Notes under the pieces: generated by a model
What the model saw: the letters and a program-made list of their open reading frames with translations, nothing else
Told to the model about the DNA's origin: nothing
Databases searched by the model: none
From: Coprobacillaceae bacterium
GTDB lineage: Bacteria; Bacillota_I; Bacilli_A; Erysipelotrichales; Coprobacillaceae
Direction of reading: 5' to 3'
DNA length: 32,000 bases
Assembly (NCBI GenBank): GCA_963675915.1
Contig: OY780959.1
Location: 2,100,001-2,132,000, forward strand
Position numbers and translations under genes: made by a program
Shown: in pieces, positions 1 to 8,133 of the stretch
How the letters are laid out: every line of letters starts with the position of its first letter
How positions within the stretch are numbered: position 1 is the stretch's first letter

Positions 1-513
1 TGTGAAACTCCGCCCATTTTGCTCAAAGGTCATTGACGTCATTATCGGTAAATCACAGTTTTCTTTAGCTGCAAGAATCCCGGCTTTGAGCTCATACAAA
101 TCACTCATTGTTTCAAAAACAATCAAATCAGCATCTTTACCGGCCTCAATGATTTCCTTGAATATTTCATACGCCTCTTCGAATTTCAGTGTTCCACTAG
201 GCTCGAGCAATGTTCCAATCGGCCCGATATCCAGGGCAACCAATCGATCCTTGGCAACTTCTTTGGCATTTGCAACTCCCGTCCTGATAATCTCCTTGAC
301 ATCATATTCGCTGTCGTCATATTTGTAGCTGTTTGCCGAGAAGGTGAATGAATAAATTATATCACTTCCTGCATCCAGGTATTTCTGATGAATCTGTTTG
401 ATCAACTCTGGATTTGTCAGATTCAATTCCTCCACATGCTTAGGAACCTCTATCCCGCTATCAAAAACCATGGTTCCCATGGCTCCATCAAGAAAGATCA
501 AATCTTTTTTCAA
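1..513 (-). CDS. Homocysteine S-methyltransferase domain protein (N-terminal module of MetH-type methionine synthase); 5' part only, continues past the window edge
   Basis: Absent from the ORF track because it leaves the window. My reverse-strand translation from TTG 513 gives LKKDLIFLDGAMGTMVFDSGIEVPKHVEELNLTNPELIKQIHQKYLDAGSDII...LVALDIGPIGTLLEP...IVFETMSDLYELKAGILAAKE, open to position 1. DGAMGT near the N-terminus and the overall pattern fit the Hcy-binding S-methyltransferase fold. The start lies 5 nt after the upstream stop. Confidence 0.8.
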   Translation of the reverse strand, partial: MKKDLIFLDGAMGTMVFDSGIEVPKHVEELNLTNPELIKQIHQKYLDAGSDIIYSFTFSANSYKYDDSEYDVKEIIRTGVANAKEVAKDRLVALDIGPIGTLLEPSGTLKFEEAYEIFKEIIEAGKDADLIVFETMSDLYELKAGILAAKENCDLPIMTSMTFEQNGRSFT

Positions 514-517
514 TAAA

Positions 518-1165
518 TTATTTAGCACAAGTTTTTCCTGCCTTTCTTATCAAACATGTTTCTTTCATGTTGCATGTTTCACAACCTATCATTTTCTTTT
601 GTTTAATGTCGGATATTCCTATTATGCACGTTATTGATTTTCGCGGAATCATCAACATTGTATCCGTAAGATTAATTCCCACTCTTTTTTCTAGTTGAAG
701 CAAATCAAAGATATCTCTTTGATATTTGATATCCATATCGCCGTACCCAGGGGCAAAAGCATCGGTAAAATGCTTCGATGGATAATCTTGTTTAATTTCA
801 TCTATCACACTTTCCTGATAATCTTCAACCATAGATGACAGCAAGGCGTCACTGATAACCGAATATAGTTTATTGCTGATGGAATATTTTCGTAATTGTT
901 GTTCGATTGTAACTCCTAATGTCACAGCAAGGATAATGACTTTCTCGCTTGATTCCAGTAGTTTGTCAATATCATTGCTGTTAAATACCCGATTTTTTAT
1001 CGTTACGGGATTTTTCTTGAAATCAAAGACCTGGTAATAATAGCGCGGTTTTACCAGCGGTAGCAGCTTCTGATACAGCTCTTCAATATCCTGATCAATC
1101 TCATTAGGATTTTCATCCATTCCAAGATACCGCTTGACCAAACTCAAATCATATTTTATCTCCAT
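518..1165 (-). CDS. Stand-alone vitamin B12-dependent methionine synthase activation-domain protein
   Basis: 215-aa track ORF. The AFAPGYGDMDIKYQRDIF...MLMIPRKSITCIIGI pattern resembles the MetH activation (AdoMet-binding) domain. It has a C-terminal Cys cluster (GCETCNMKETC...KTC) and sits directly upstream of the Hcy-methyltransferase gene. Confidence 0.75.
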   Translation of the reverse strand: MEIKYDLSLVKRYLGMDENPNEIDQDIEELYQKLLPLVKPRYYYQVFDFKKNPVTIKNRVFNSNDIDKLLESSEKVIILAVTLGVTIEQQLRKYSISNKLYSVISDALLSSMVEDYQESVIDEIKQDYPSKHFTDAFAPGYGDMDIKYQRDIFDLLQLEKRVGINLTDTMLMIPRKSITCIIGISDIKQKKMIGCETCNMKETCLIRKAGKTCAK

Positions 1166-1194
1166 AAAACCACCACTTTCGTTATCTTAAAAAT

Positions 1195-1223
1195 ATTATA
1201 TAATAGGCCTTTACGGGTTTCAA
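1195..1223 (-). promoter_or_regulatory. Sigma-A type promoter for the methionine synthase gene pair
   Basis: On the minus strand: TTGAAA (1223..1218), a 17-nt spacer, then TATAAT (1200..1195), about 30 nt upstream of ATG 1165. There is no room for an S-box or T-box leader. Confidence 0.6.
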
Positions 1224-1229
1224 CTTTAT

Positions 1230-1256
1230 ATAAGACATTATTTGATAATGTCTTAT
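1230..1256. repeat. Perfect 12-bp-stem hairpin (ATAAGACATTAT ttg ATAATGTCTTAT)
   Basis: Read directly: arms 1230..1241 and 1245..1256 are exact reverse complements with a 3-nt loop. Confidence 0.9.
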
Positions 1257-1313
1257 ACGATAATAATATTACTGGTTATAGGTAAAAACTATAACCAGTA
1301 ATATTATTATCGT
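1257..1313. repeat. Perfect 25-bp inverted repeat with 7-nt loop, abutting the previous hairpin; possible rsmI terminator or protein-binding site
   Basis: ACGATAATAATATTACTGGTTATAG (1257..1281), loop gtaaaaa, CTATAACCAGTAATATTATTATCGT (1289..1313). The arms are exact reverse complements. It lies 44 nt downstream of the rsmI stop, with no U-tract directly after it on either strand. Confidence 0.9.
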
Positions 1314-1356
1314 TCTCTTTGATATAATGCAATAAAGGAGAACTGATTAGTCCCCC

Positions 1357-2205
1357 TTATTTATTTTGGTGATATTCATTGTACACATCGGATTTTTTTA
1401 AATCTCTTGCCTTTGCAACTTCCTTGATTGCTTCTTTGGAGCTATAACCCAAAGCAATCAATTCCTCGATATGTTCAATTACTGTGTTTTCAAATTGATG
1501 TTCCTCATTCTCAGTGTTACCACTGACTACAATGACCATTTCGCCCTTCAACTCGTCTGCTACTTCTAAAACTTCGCTGATATTACCGCGAATTACTTCT
1601 TCATATTTCTTGGTAAGCTCGCGTACCAGCGCAATTCTTCGATCCCCGAAGTATTCCAACATAAGCGCAAGGGTTTTAGTGATTCGATGCGGACTTTCAT
1701 AAAAGACGAGTGTCTCTTCATACAATCTGAGCTTTTCCAATTGCTTTTTCTTAGTTTTATCTTTATGTGCCAAAAAACCATAGAACATAAATGGTTGCGG
1801 TGCAATACCTGATACAACCAATGCCCCAATGGCAGCATTAGGTCCGCTGATAACCACGACATTGAAATCATGGTTGATTGCCTCACTTACCAATTCATAA
1901 CCAGGATCGGAAATAGCCGGATACCCAGCATCAGATACCAATGCGACTTGATTTCCTTCTTCAAGCAATTTGATTATTTTTGGAATAGCTGTATTGAGAT
2001 TATGTTCATGATGAGAAAGCAACTTTGTCGATATGTTGTAATGATTAAGTAGTTTGGTTGTCACTCTGGTGTCTTCAGCTGCAATAAAGTCAACTGAATT
2101 TAAGGTCTCAATCGTTCGATAGGTCACTTCACTAAGGTTACCTATCGGTGTAGCAACCAAAAACAACGTGGCTTTATCATTATTAAAACTCTTCTGTCTA
2201 TTCAT
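1357..2205 (-). CDS. rsmI: 16S rRNA (cytidine1402-2'-O)-methyltransferase
   Basis: Track ORF 1357..2283. TLFLVATPIGNLSEVTYRTIETL...IAAEDTR...SDAGYPAISDPG is the RsmI/tetrapyrrole-methylase signature. I prefer ATG 2205 (MNRQKSF...), which overlaps the upstream stop by 8 nt and gives about 282 aa. The track start adds 26 residues that lie inside the upstream gene. Confidence 0.9.
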   Translation of the reverse strand: MNRQKSFNNDKATLFLVATPIGNLSEVTYRTIETLNSVDFIAAEDTRVTTKLLNHYNISTKLLSHHEHNLNTAIPKIIKLLEEGNQVALVSDAGYPAISDPGYELVSEAINHDFNVVVISGPNAAIGALVVSGIAPQPFMFYGFLAHKDKTKKKQLEKLRLYEETLVFYESPHRITKTLALMLEYFGDRRIALVRELTKKYEEVIRGNISEVLEVADELKGEMVIVVSGNTENEEHQFENTVIEHIEELIALGYSSKEAIKEVAKARDLKKSDVYNEYHQNK

Positions 2206-2947
2206 CGATAACTTCTCCAAACATTTTTCTGACTTCATTACTATACGTACCATCATCATTGTGAGCGTATAATGGTGGTTCAATTATCAATCCCGGACGG
2301 CCTTTATACATTCCTTCAACCAAAAGTACGTGACTGGTTCGGTTCATCTTGGGATAAACAAATCTAATTCGCTTAGGTTCTATGTCGTATTTCCCCATGA
2401 GATTGATTATATCAATCATCCGATCAGGGCGGTGAACTATAGCAAAGCGGCCTTTATTGTCTAGAATTCGGGCTGCTGAAGCAATTATTCCTTCTAAATC
2501 AATCTTGACTTCATGCCTCGCAATTGTGAGAAATTCATTTTCATTAAGGTTACTTCGTTCTCCCACTTTGAAAAAAGGCGGGTTACAGATTACAACCTGC
2601 ACTTTGTGATAGTCTTTAACAAAATCCTTGATATCACCGTGAACAATTTCTATCTTATCACCAAGTTCATTGAGGTCCACATTCTTTTGAGCCACTGCAG
2701 CGGCTTCCTTTTGGATTTCAACACCAGTGACCTTTTTGTCATATCTGCGAGATAAAAGAAGCGGAATTGCAGCATTGTTTGTGCCAAAATCCACGACTTC
2801 TTTTACATCCTTATTTATTGTTGCAAAATTGGCAAGCAAAACAGTATCCAATGAAAAGTTGAACATATCCTTTCGCTGAATGATTTTCAAACCTTCATGG
2901 GCAAGAAGATAATTAATTACTTCGTTATTATCCATTTTTGTCTCCAC
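2198..2947 (-). CDS. tRNA1(Val) (adenine37-N6)-methyltransferase-like class I SAM methyltransferase (B. subtilis YabB / E. coli YfiC type)
   Basis: 249-aa ORF with a SAM-binding region (VVDFGTNNAAIPLLL) and an NPPF N6-adenine methyltransferase motif (VICNPPFF). It occupies the position between ricT and rsmI as in Bacillus. An alternative start at ATG 2935 gives an 8-nt overlap with ricT. Confidence 0.8.
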   Translation of the reverse strand: METKMDNNEVINYLLAHEGLKIIQRKDMFNFSLDTVLLANFATINKDVKEVVDFGTNNAAIPLLLSRRYDKKVTGVEIQKEAAAVAQKNVDLNELGDKIEIVHGDIKDFVKDYHKVQVVICNPPFFKVGERSNLNENEFLTIARHEVKIDLEGIIASAARILDNKGRFAIVHRPDRMIDIINLMGKYDIEPKRIRFVYPKMNRTSHVLLVEGMYKGRPGLIIEPPLYAHNDDGTYSNEVRKMFGEVIDE

Positions 2948-3986
2948 TTGTTTTTCCTTGATTATTTTTATTTACCTGATTAGGGTTTCTTGGACGTTTT
3001 TTACCAGGGTTTTTTCTATTTTTTCTTTTTTTGTTTTTCTTTTGGCTATCGTCATTATTCCCACTAGACTTTACCGGTTTATCTTTATTACGACTTCGAC
3101 GGCTTCTTTTGCCACTTTCATCGTTTTTACTTTTACTTTCTTTAGGTCCGTGTTCATCATTTCTTTTACGGTTGTTCAAAGGTTTTCTTTTTTGGTCAAT
3201 TTCCTCATGAGGAATAAACATTATACTTCCTTCACAGTCAATTTTGATCAGATCACTAATGATATTGTAGCCAATCACCTTTACTGACTTGTTATCATAA
3301 TTTACAAAGGAACCAATCTTCGGATATTTCTTCTTTGCCTCTGTATAAAGATCATCTTCGTACTTCAAACAACATAAAAGACGACCACAGTTTCCAGAAA
3401 TCTTATCGATATTGATTGCCAACATCTGATTTTTGGCCATATTGATGGATACACCACTGAATTCTCCCATTATTCTGGTACAACATAGTGGAAGTCCGCA
3501 TACGCCAATACCTCCTACAATTTTAGCTTTATCTCTCGGTCCGATCTGACGAAGTTCAATCCGACATCTAAACACCACCGCAAGTTCTTTTAACAGATCT
3601 CGGAAATCGACTCTGTTGTCAGCTGTATACATAAAAATAACCTTTGAGTGATCCAATGTGAATTCACAGTTAGTTAGGTGCATGTTCAGCTTATGCCTTT
3701 CGATAATATCCCCGCAGATTTTTAATGCTTCAATCGCTTCTTCTTTATTTCTATTATACTGATCGATATCCTTTTTAGTCGCCCTGCGGACTACTTTTTT
3801 CAGTTCTGTATTCAATTTAAAGTCTTCGATATCTCTTAAATCATCAATTAATTCGCCAAATTCTATTCCACGTGCTGTTTCAACAACTACGTAATCTCCA
3901 TTTTTGAGATCCAGATCCGTTGAAAAGTAATACATTTTACCGGTTTCTTTAAAACGAACGCTGGCTAATTTTAATTCTTTTGCCAT
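2928..3986 (-). CDS. ricT: PSP1-domain regulatory protein RicT (YaaT) with a long basic low-complexity C-terminal extension
   Basis: 352-aa ORF. The conserved Cys motifs GVCGLPLCC and GNCGRLLCCLKYE match the PSP1/YaaT family, and the gene sits downstream of holB as in Bacillus. Residues about 264-352 are Lys/Arg/Asn-rich. RBS AGGAGG lies upstream. Confidence 0.85.
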   Translation of the reverse strand: MAKELKLASVRFKETGKMYYFSTDLDLKNGDYVVVETARGIEFGELIDDLRDIEDFKLNTELKKVVRRATKKDIDQYNRNKEEAIEALKICGDIIERHKLNMHLTNCEFTLDHSKVIFMYTADNRVDFRDLLKELAVVFRCRIELRQIGPRDKAKIVGGIGVCGLPLCCTRIMGEFSGVSINMAKNQMLAINIDKISGNCGRLLCCLKYEDDLYTEAKKKYPKIGSFVNYDNKSVKVIGYNIISDLIKIDCEGSIMFIPHEEIDQKRKPLNNRKRNDEHGPKESKSKNDESGKRSRRSRNKDKPVKSSGNNDDSQKKNKKRKNRKNPGKKRPRNPNQVNKNNQGKTSGDKNG

Positions 3987-4006
3987 ATAATTCCTCCTCT
4001 CCTGAT

Positions 4007-4942
4007 TTATTCATTTATCAGCTGATACATCAGTTTATCCATTAACAAATTAAGATTAACATTATAGGATAACTGATAATCTTTTTCCAATACTATTTCT
4101 ATCATTTTGATTATATCAAATTTTTGGATGCTATACGATTCAATTGTTCTTGATAAAGAAATGATTTTCAATTCGCCGTTAATCTGATAGTTATAGATAT
4201 CCTTAAGTAACAGCAACATTATATTCAAAAACAGATGAATATCATCCTTGGATGTATACTTATTGAAAACATTGATTTGGGCATTGATAATCAAATTATC
4301 GGTTTTAAGGTATAAATCATCGATAAAATTCATTGCTTCGGTTTTAATTTCCTGGTAATTATCCGGGTGGACAACCTGATTGAATATTGTACTGAGAATA
4401 TAAGCATCCTCTTCACTGAATTTATCATCCAGATATTTTCTAATTAAAGCCGATTTGTTGTCAGGGCGCAAATTCAACACCTGACATCTTGATATAATCG
4501 TGGGTAATACGAGATTAAGGTTTTTTGTGGTAAAGATAGCATACACATCTTTTTGAGGTTCTTCAAGCATTTTGAGCAAACTATTCATAGCTTCCTTGGA
4601 GGAATTCTCAATTTCTTCCAATATATATAGTTGTCCTCTTCCTTCTATAGATGATTTAGCCATTTGTGTCTGAATATTGACTATATCCTTCTTTTTGATG
4701 GAATTACCTTCTCCTCCATATCTGACGATATCCGGATAGGAATGATTTTCAACTCTTCGGCAGACATTACATGTTTCACATGAAACAATTTCTTCACAAA
4801 ATAGCGATTGTGCCAAAAAAACCAGAGGATCCTGATAATTATCTCCTACCAATAGAAACGCATGAGGAACCTTTCCTTTAGAAAATTCATTATGGACTAT
4901 TTGGTAAAATATAGGCTGCTCTTTTTTTATGTTTTCTTTCAT
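4007..4942 (-). CDS. holB: DNA polymerase III subunit delta'
   Basis: 311-aa ORF with HAFLLVG, a Zn-module-like [23 protein letters not shown] and TIISRCQ (sensor/SRC) motifs. 4-nt overlap with tmk. Confidence 0.85.
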   Translation of the reverse strand: MKENIKKEQPIFYQIVHNEFSKGKVPHAFLLVGDNYQDPLVFLAQSLFCEEIVSCETCNVCRRVENHSYPDIVRYGGEGNSIKKKDIVNIQTQMAKSSIEGRGQLYILEEIENSSKEAMNSLLKMLEEPQKDVYAIFTTKNLNLVLPTIISRCQVLNLRPDNKSALIRKYLDDKFSEEDAYILSTIFNQVVHPDNYQEIKTEAMNFIDDLYLKTDNLIINAQINVFNKYTSKDDIHLFLNIMLLLLKDIYNYQINGELKIISLSRTIESYSIQKFDIIKMIEIVLEKDYQLSYNVNLNLLMDKLMYQLINE

Positions 4943-5556
4943 ATTAGCTTAAGGATGATTTCAAGTGATGACTCCAGCACTTCCGCTACCGTGCGACTGG
5001 CATCTACGATTTCAAATCTTTCAGGATATTTTTTAATTACCTCTTGATATCCATCATATACTCGCTTATGGAATCTATTGCCTTCCAGGTCCAAACGGTT
5101 AACCTCACGGTTATTTTCATGAATACGTTTCAATCCAATTGTATAATCAATATCAAAAAACAGGGTTTTGGTTGGCATGAATCCCTCGATTGCAAACTTA
5201 TTCAGTTCATATACTTCATCGATACCAATTCCACGTGCATACCCTTGGTAAGCTAGTGAGCTGTCAATGAATCGATCACAAATCACTATCTTGTTTTCAT
5301 CAAGAGCCGGTTTCACCTTCTCCACTAGATGTTGTCTTCGTGCCGCAGCCAACAATAGAGCTTCAGTCCGATAATCCATATTGACATTTTCCTTATTCAG
5401 TATGATATTTCTGATTTGTTCAGATATATTAATTCCGCCTGGTTCCCTGGTCAAAACAACCTGGTACCCCAGTTCTTCAAGCCTTGCTGTCAGCAGTTTT
5501 GAAATGGTTGTTTTACCGCTTCCTTCAGGTCCTTCTAATGTTATAAATGCACTCAT
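4939..5556 (-). CDS. tmk: dTMP (thymidylate) kinase
   Basis: 205-aa ORF with P-loop [14 protein letters not shown], plus TREPGG and DRF..S..AYQG motifs. Confidence 0.93.
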   Translation of the reverse strand: MSAFITLEGPEGSGKTTISKLLTARLEELGYQVVLTREPGGINISEQIRNIILNKENVNMDYRTEALLLAAARRQHLVEKVKPALDENKIVICDRFIDSSLAYQGYARGIGIDEVYELNKFAIEGFMPTKTLFFDIDYTIGLKRIHENNREVNRLDLEGNRFHKRVYDGYQEVIKKYPERFEIVDASRTVAEVLESSLEIILKLI

Positions 5557-5577
5557 TTCTTTACCCCCATATCATCT

Positions 5578-5606
5578 ATTATACCTAATATAACTACCAA
5601 TTTAAA
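5578..5606 (-). promoter_or_regulatory. Candidate promoter of the tmk-holB-ricT-yabB-rsmI operon
   Basis: Minus strand: TATAAT at 5583..5578, with TTTAAA 17 nt upstream. RBS GGGGG precedes ATG 5556. Confidence 0.4.
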
Positions 5607-5616
5607 GTATTTATTA

Positions 5617-5632
5617 TGTTTCACGTGAAACA
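5617..5632. promoter_or_regulatory. parS: parS centromere-like site (ParB/Spo0J binding)
   Basis: TGTTTCACGTGAAACA is an exact match to the Bacillota parS consensus TGTTNCACGTGAAACA. The palindrome extends to 18 bp (5616..5633). It is intergenic between recR and tmk. Confidence 0.85.
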
Positions 5633-5684
5633 TTTAAACGCTATCATCATGCTTTAATCCCGATTGATTCCAAGTATCTCGGGT

Positions 5685-5718
5685 ATAAAAAAGAGAAAGG
5701 AAACTAAATTTCCTTTCT
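5685..5718 (-). terminator. Intrinsic terminator of recR
   Basis: Minus-strand stem AGAAAGGAAA / TTTCCTTTCT (5718..5709 and 5703..5694). The 5-nt loop contains the recR stop codon. CTTTTTTAT follows the stem. Confidence 0.7.
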
Positions 5719-6297
5719 TCCTTCAAATGATTTCAATAATGTAAGCTCATCAGCATAGTCTAGATTTGAACCGATTGGCAAACCATGAGCAATTCTCGTA
5801 ATCTTGAGATGTGGATATTTCTGCAGTACCTTAGCCAAATACAAGGCAGTTGTTTCGCCTTTGCTTGTGGGATTGGTAGCAATAATAACTTCCGTCACTT
5901 TATCCAATCTCTCATAAAGTGATTTGATATTCAAATCATCCAATGTAATACCATCCATTATCGAGATGGTCCCATTCAAAACATGATAATCTCCCCGGTA
6001 CTCTTTGATGCTTTCCATTGCAAAGACATCTTTAGGTGATTCAACAATACATATAGTTGCATGATCACGGGATTCATCAGTGCATATTTCACATTTATCG
6101 GTATCACAGAGATTCCCACAAATCTCACAAAAATGGATGTTTTCTTTAAATTGGGATATTGTATTGGCAAAATCCGACATAAATTCTTCATCCATATTCA
6201 ACAAGTAATATGCATATCTTTCTGCTGTTTTAGCTCCAACTCCCGGCAATACTTTAAAATAATACATCAGGTCTTCAAATGCTTTAGGATATTTCAT
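5704..6297 (-). CDS. recR: Recombination protein RecR
   Basis: 197-aa ORF with LPGVGAKTAER (HhH), a C4 zinc finger CEICGNLCDTDKCEIC, and a Toprim region. RBS GAGGAG lies within the dnaX 3' end. Confidence 0.93.
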   Translation of the reverse strand: MKYPKAFEDLMYYFKVLPGVGAKTAERYAYYLLNMDEEFMSDFANTISQFKENIHFCEICGNLCDTDKCEICTDESRDHATICIVESPKDVFAMESIKEYRGDYHVLNGTISIMDGITLDDLNIKSLYERLDKVTEVIIATNPTSKGETTALYLAKVLQKYPHLKITRIAHGLPIGSNLDYADELTLLKSFEGRKEI

Positions 6298-6303
6298 TAC
6301 CGA

Positions 6304-8070
6304 CTACTCCTCTATCTCAACAATTTCACCAAATAGATCAATTGCCAATTTTTGCCCTTCGGTCAAACTTTCAGTCGTTGTTTCCGCCACTATGTGACTC
6401 AAATTAATTGGTCCCGGACTTGGAAGCTGGTCGGTTCTCTTTAAATCAATGAAATGCTGACGCATCTTCTGCCACTGATTTGCTTCCAATGCAATGAATT
6501 CCAGTTCCTCTCCAAGAACCTCTGAAAGGAATTTTTTAAGTGAATGGTAATTATCCGAGCTATTAACCTGATTGACTTCAACTTGGTATTCATATGACAG
6601 GATAAAGGCCTTGTCACATGCAGCAACTACATCGCCACTGATCAACATTGATGCAAACTTGGCGGTATTTAAGTTATATTGATAACGATTGATAACTGCC
6701 CATCGTTCTTTGATATTTTCCATATATTTACGCTTTGCCTGAACTAAAATGTTCATAATATCGTCAATACTAGGTTCAACTGAATATTGTTCAACTGGTG
6801 CTTCTGATGTTTCACGTGAAACATTTTCCGCTAACCCAATCTCATCACCTTGACGAGGTGGTTCCTCATTGGTTACCGGTTCAACTTCTAATTCAGGACT
6901 CTCAGTAGATAAAGGAGTAACTTCAGGATCCAATTTAACCGGATCAGGAGTAGGTTCAAAACTCACTTCTGCAATTGGCGTTGCTTCCTTGACTTCAGTT
7001 TTAACCCGATTACACAACTTTAAGACCGCTACTTCGAAATACATATTTGGGTTAAGAGTTTGGTTATATTTTGATGCCGTATCCAAAAGAATATCAATAT
7101 ATTCAAAACATTCGGCAACTGTTATATAAGGATTGATCATTTCGATGTCTGAATCACTCAAAACAATCAAAATCGAACAGTCCTGGATATTCTTGTATAG
7201 AATAACATCTTTCAATACATCAACAAGATCATAAGTCAATCTTTTGATATCAATACTCGAAGATGTCATCTCATCGATAAGTCTAAGAGCCCCTTTGATA
7301 TCCTTTGCCAGGATACATTTGATAAAGTTGATTTTATGTTCCATTGATAATAAGCCGTAAACTGTATTTACATTATCAACCGATAGACTTTCCGAATAAG
7401 CAAGGCACTGTTCCATGATACTCAAGGCGTCTCGCATTCCCCCCTGAGAAAGCTTTGCGATTATGTTCAAAGCTGCTGAATCATAAGCGATATTTTCACT
7501 TTCAAGTACGTCCTGCAAACGTGAAACAATATCCGAATCATCAATTTTCTTGAAATCATATCTTTGGCATCTAGAGATAATTGTTGGTAGGACTTTATGC
7601 GGCTCGGTAGTTGCCAAAATAAAGATTGCATGAGCTGGTGGCTCCTCCAATGTCTTTAAAAGGGCATTGAACGCTCCAGTTGACATCATATGGACCTCGT
7701 CAATAATATAAACTTTGTATTTACCGTTTATCGGTGCATAATTCACTGTCTCAATCAGATTACGAACCTCATCAACCCCATTATTGCTTGCCGCATCCAT
7801 TTCAATGACATCCGGATGATCACCTTTAGCAATTGAAATGCAGTTCGGGCACGTATCGCATGGCTTGGAATCTCCGGTGCAATTTACAGCTTTAGCGAAC
7901 AATTTCGCGATTGTCGTCTTTCCGGTCCCCCGTGGACCACAAAATAAGTATGCATGGGCAATTCGATTTTCATTGATTGCATTTTTTATTGTTTTTACGA
8001 TATGTTGTTGACCAGTTACTTCATTGAAAGTTTGCGGTCGGTATGTACGATAGAGAGCTTTATATGACAT
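6304..8070 (-). CDS. dnaX: DNA polymerase III subunit gamma/tau
   Basis: MSYKALYRTYRPQTF..., GPRGTGKTT, a Zn module CDTCPNCISI, DEVHMMS and SRCQRYDF. Start moved to ATG 8070 (GGAGG 8 nt upstream); the track start 8085 is a TTG inside the RBS. A Pro/Glu-rich linker lies at about 6830..6990. Confidence 0.93.
   Translation of the reverse strand: MSYKALYRTYRPQTFNEVTGQQHIVKTIKNAINENRIAHAYLFCGPRGTGKTTIAKLFAKAVNCTGDSKPCDTCPNCISIAKGDHPDVIEMDAASNNGVDEVRNLIETVNYAPINGKYKVYIIDEVHMMSTGAFNALLKTLEEPPAHAIFILATTEPHKVLPTIISRCQRYDFKKIDDSDIVSRLQDVLESENIAYDSAALNIIAKLSQGGMRDALSIMEQCLAYSESLSVDNVNTVYGLLSMEHKINFIKCILAKDIKGALRLIDEMTSSSIDIKRLTYDLVDVLKDVILYKNIQDCSILIVLSDSDIEMINPYITVAECFEYIDILLDTASKYNQTLNPNMYFEVAVLKLCNRVKTEVKEATPIAEVSFEPTPDPVKLDPEVTPLSTESPELEVEPVTNEEPPRQGDEIGLAENVSRETSEAPVEQYSVEPSIDDIMNILVQAKRKYMENIKERWAVINRYQYNLNTAKFASMLISGDVVAACDKAFILSYEYQVEVNQVNSSDNYHSLKKFLSEVLGEELEFIALEANQWQKMRQHFIDLKRTDQLPSPGPINLSHIVAETTTESLTEGQKLAIDLFGEIVEIEE
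6808..6823. promoter_or_regulatory. parS: parS site embedded in the dnaX coding sequence
   Basis: TGTTTCACGTGAAACA again, with the identical 18-bp palindrome ATGTTTCACGTGAAACAT (6807..6824). It encodes ..NVSRETS.. in the variable linker of tau. Confidence 0.8.
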
Positions 8071-8102
8071 CAAGTTATCCTCCAATTCTAATTATCATTA
8101 TA

Positions 8103-8133
8103 TCAAAAAACAAAAGATTTATCATCTTTTGTT
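8103..8133 (-). terminator. Intrinsic terminator or attenuator overlapping the tadA stop codon
   Basis: Minus-strand stem AACAAAAGAT / ATCTTTTGTT (8133..8124 and 8118..8109). The loop contains the TGA stop. TTTTTTGA follows, about 35 nt upstream of the dnaX start. Confidence 0.6.

Noticed and set aside
2-328. Plus-strand 108-aa ORF at the window start
   Set aside because: It lies antisense to a clearly recognisable homocysteine S-methyltransferase reading frame (1..513, minus). It has Ser/Leu-rich low-information composition and no RBS.
2958-3287. Plus-strand 109-aa Phe/Ile-rich ORF
   Set aside because: It is the antisense reading of the Lys/Arg/Asn-rich (AAA/AAG/AAT) tail of ricT. Poly-Phe/Ile is the mirror image expected from that composition, so it is not a gene.
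3861-3880. Additional CACGTG cores (TTCCACGTGC at about 3868 and again at about 5229) as possible parS sites
   Set aside because: Only the central hexamer matches. The flanking half-sites do not match TGTTNCACGTGAAACA.
6304-8070. Programmed -1 frameshift site in dnaX (tau/gamma)
   Set aside because: The only A-rich heptamers I found are ATAAAAAAT near codon 30 and CTTAAAAAATTC near codon 530. Both are in the wrong place for producing gamma, and neither has a downstream hairpin. There is no E. coli-like A-AAA-AAG element.
8122-8124. Mollicutes-type genetic code (UGA = Trp), considered because of the low GC and reduced synteny
   Set aside because: All housekeeping ORFs are full length under the standard code, with Trp encoded by TGG. 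TGA is used as the tadA stop and is followed immediately by TAA.
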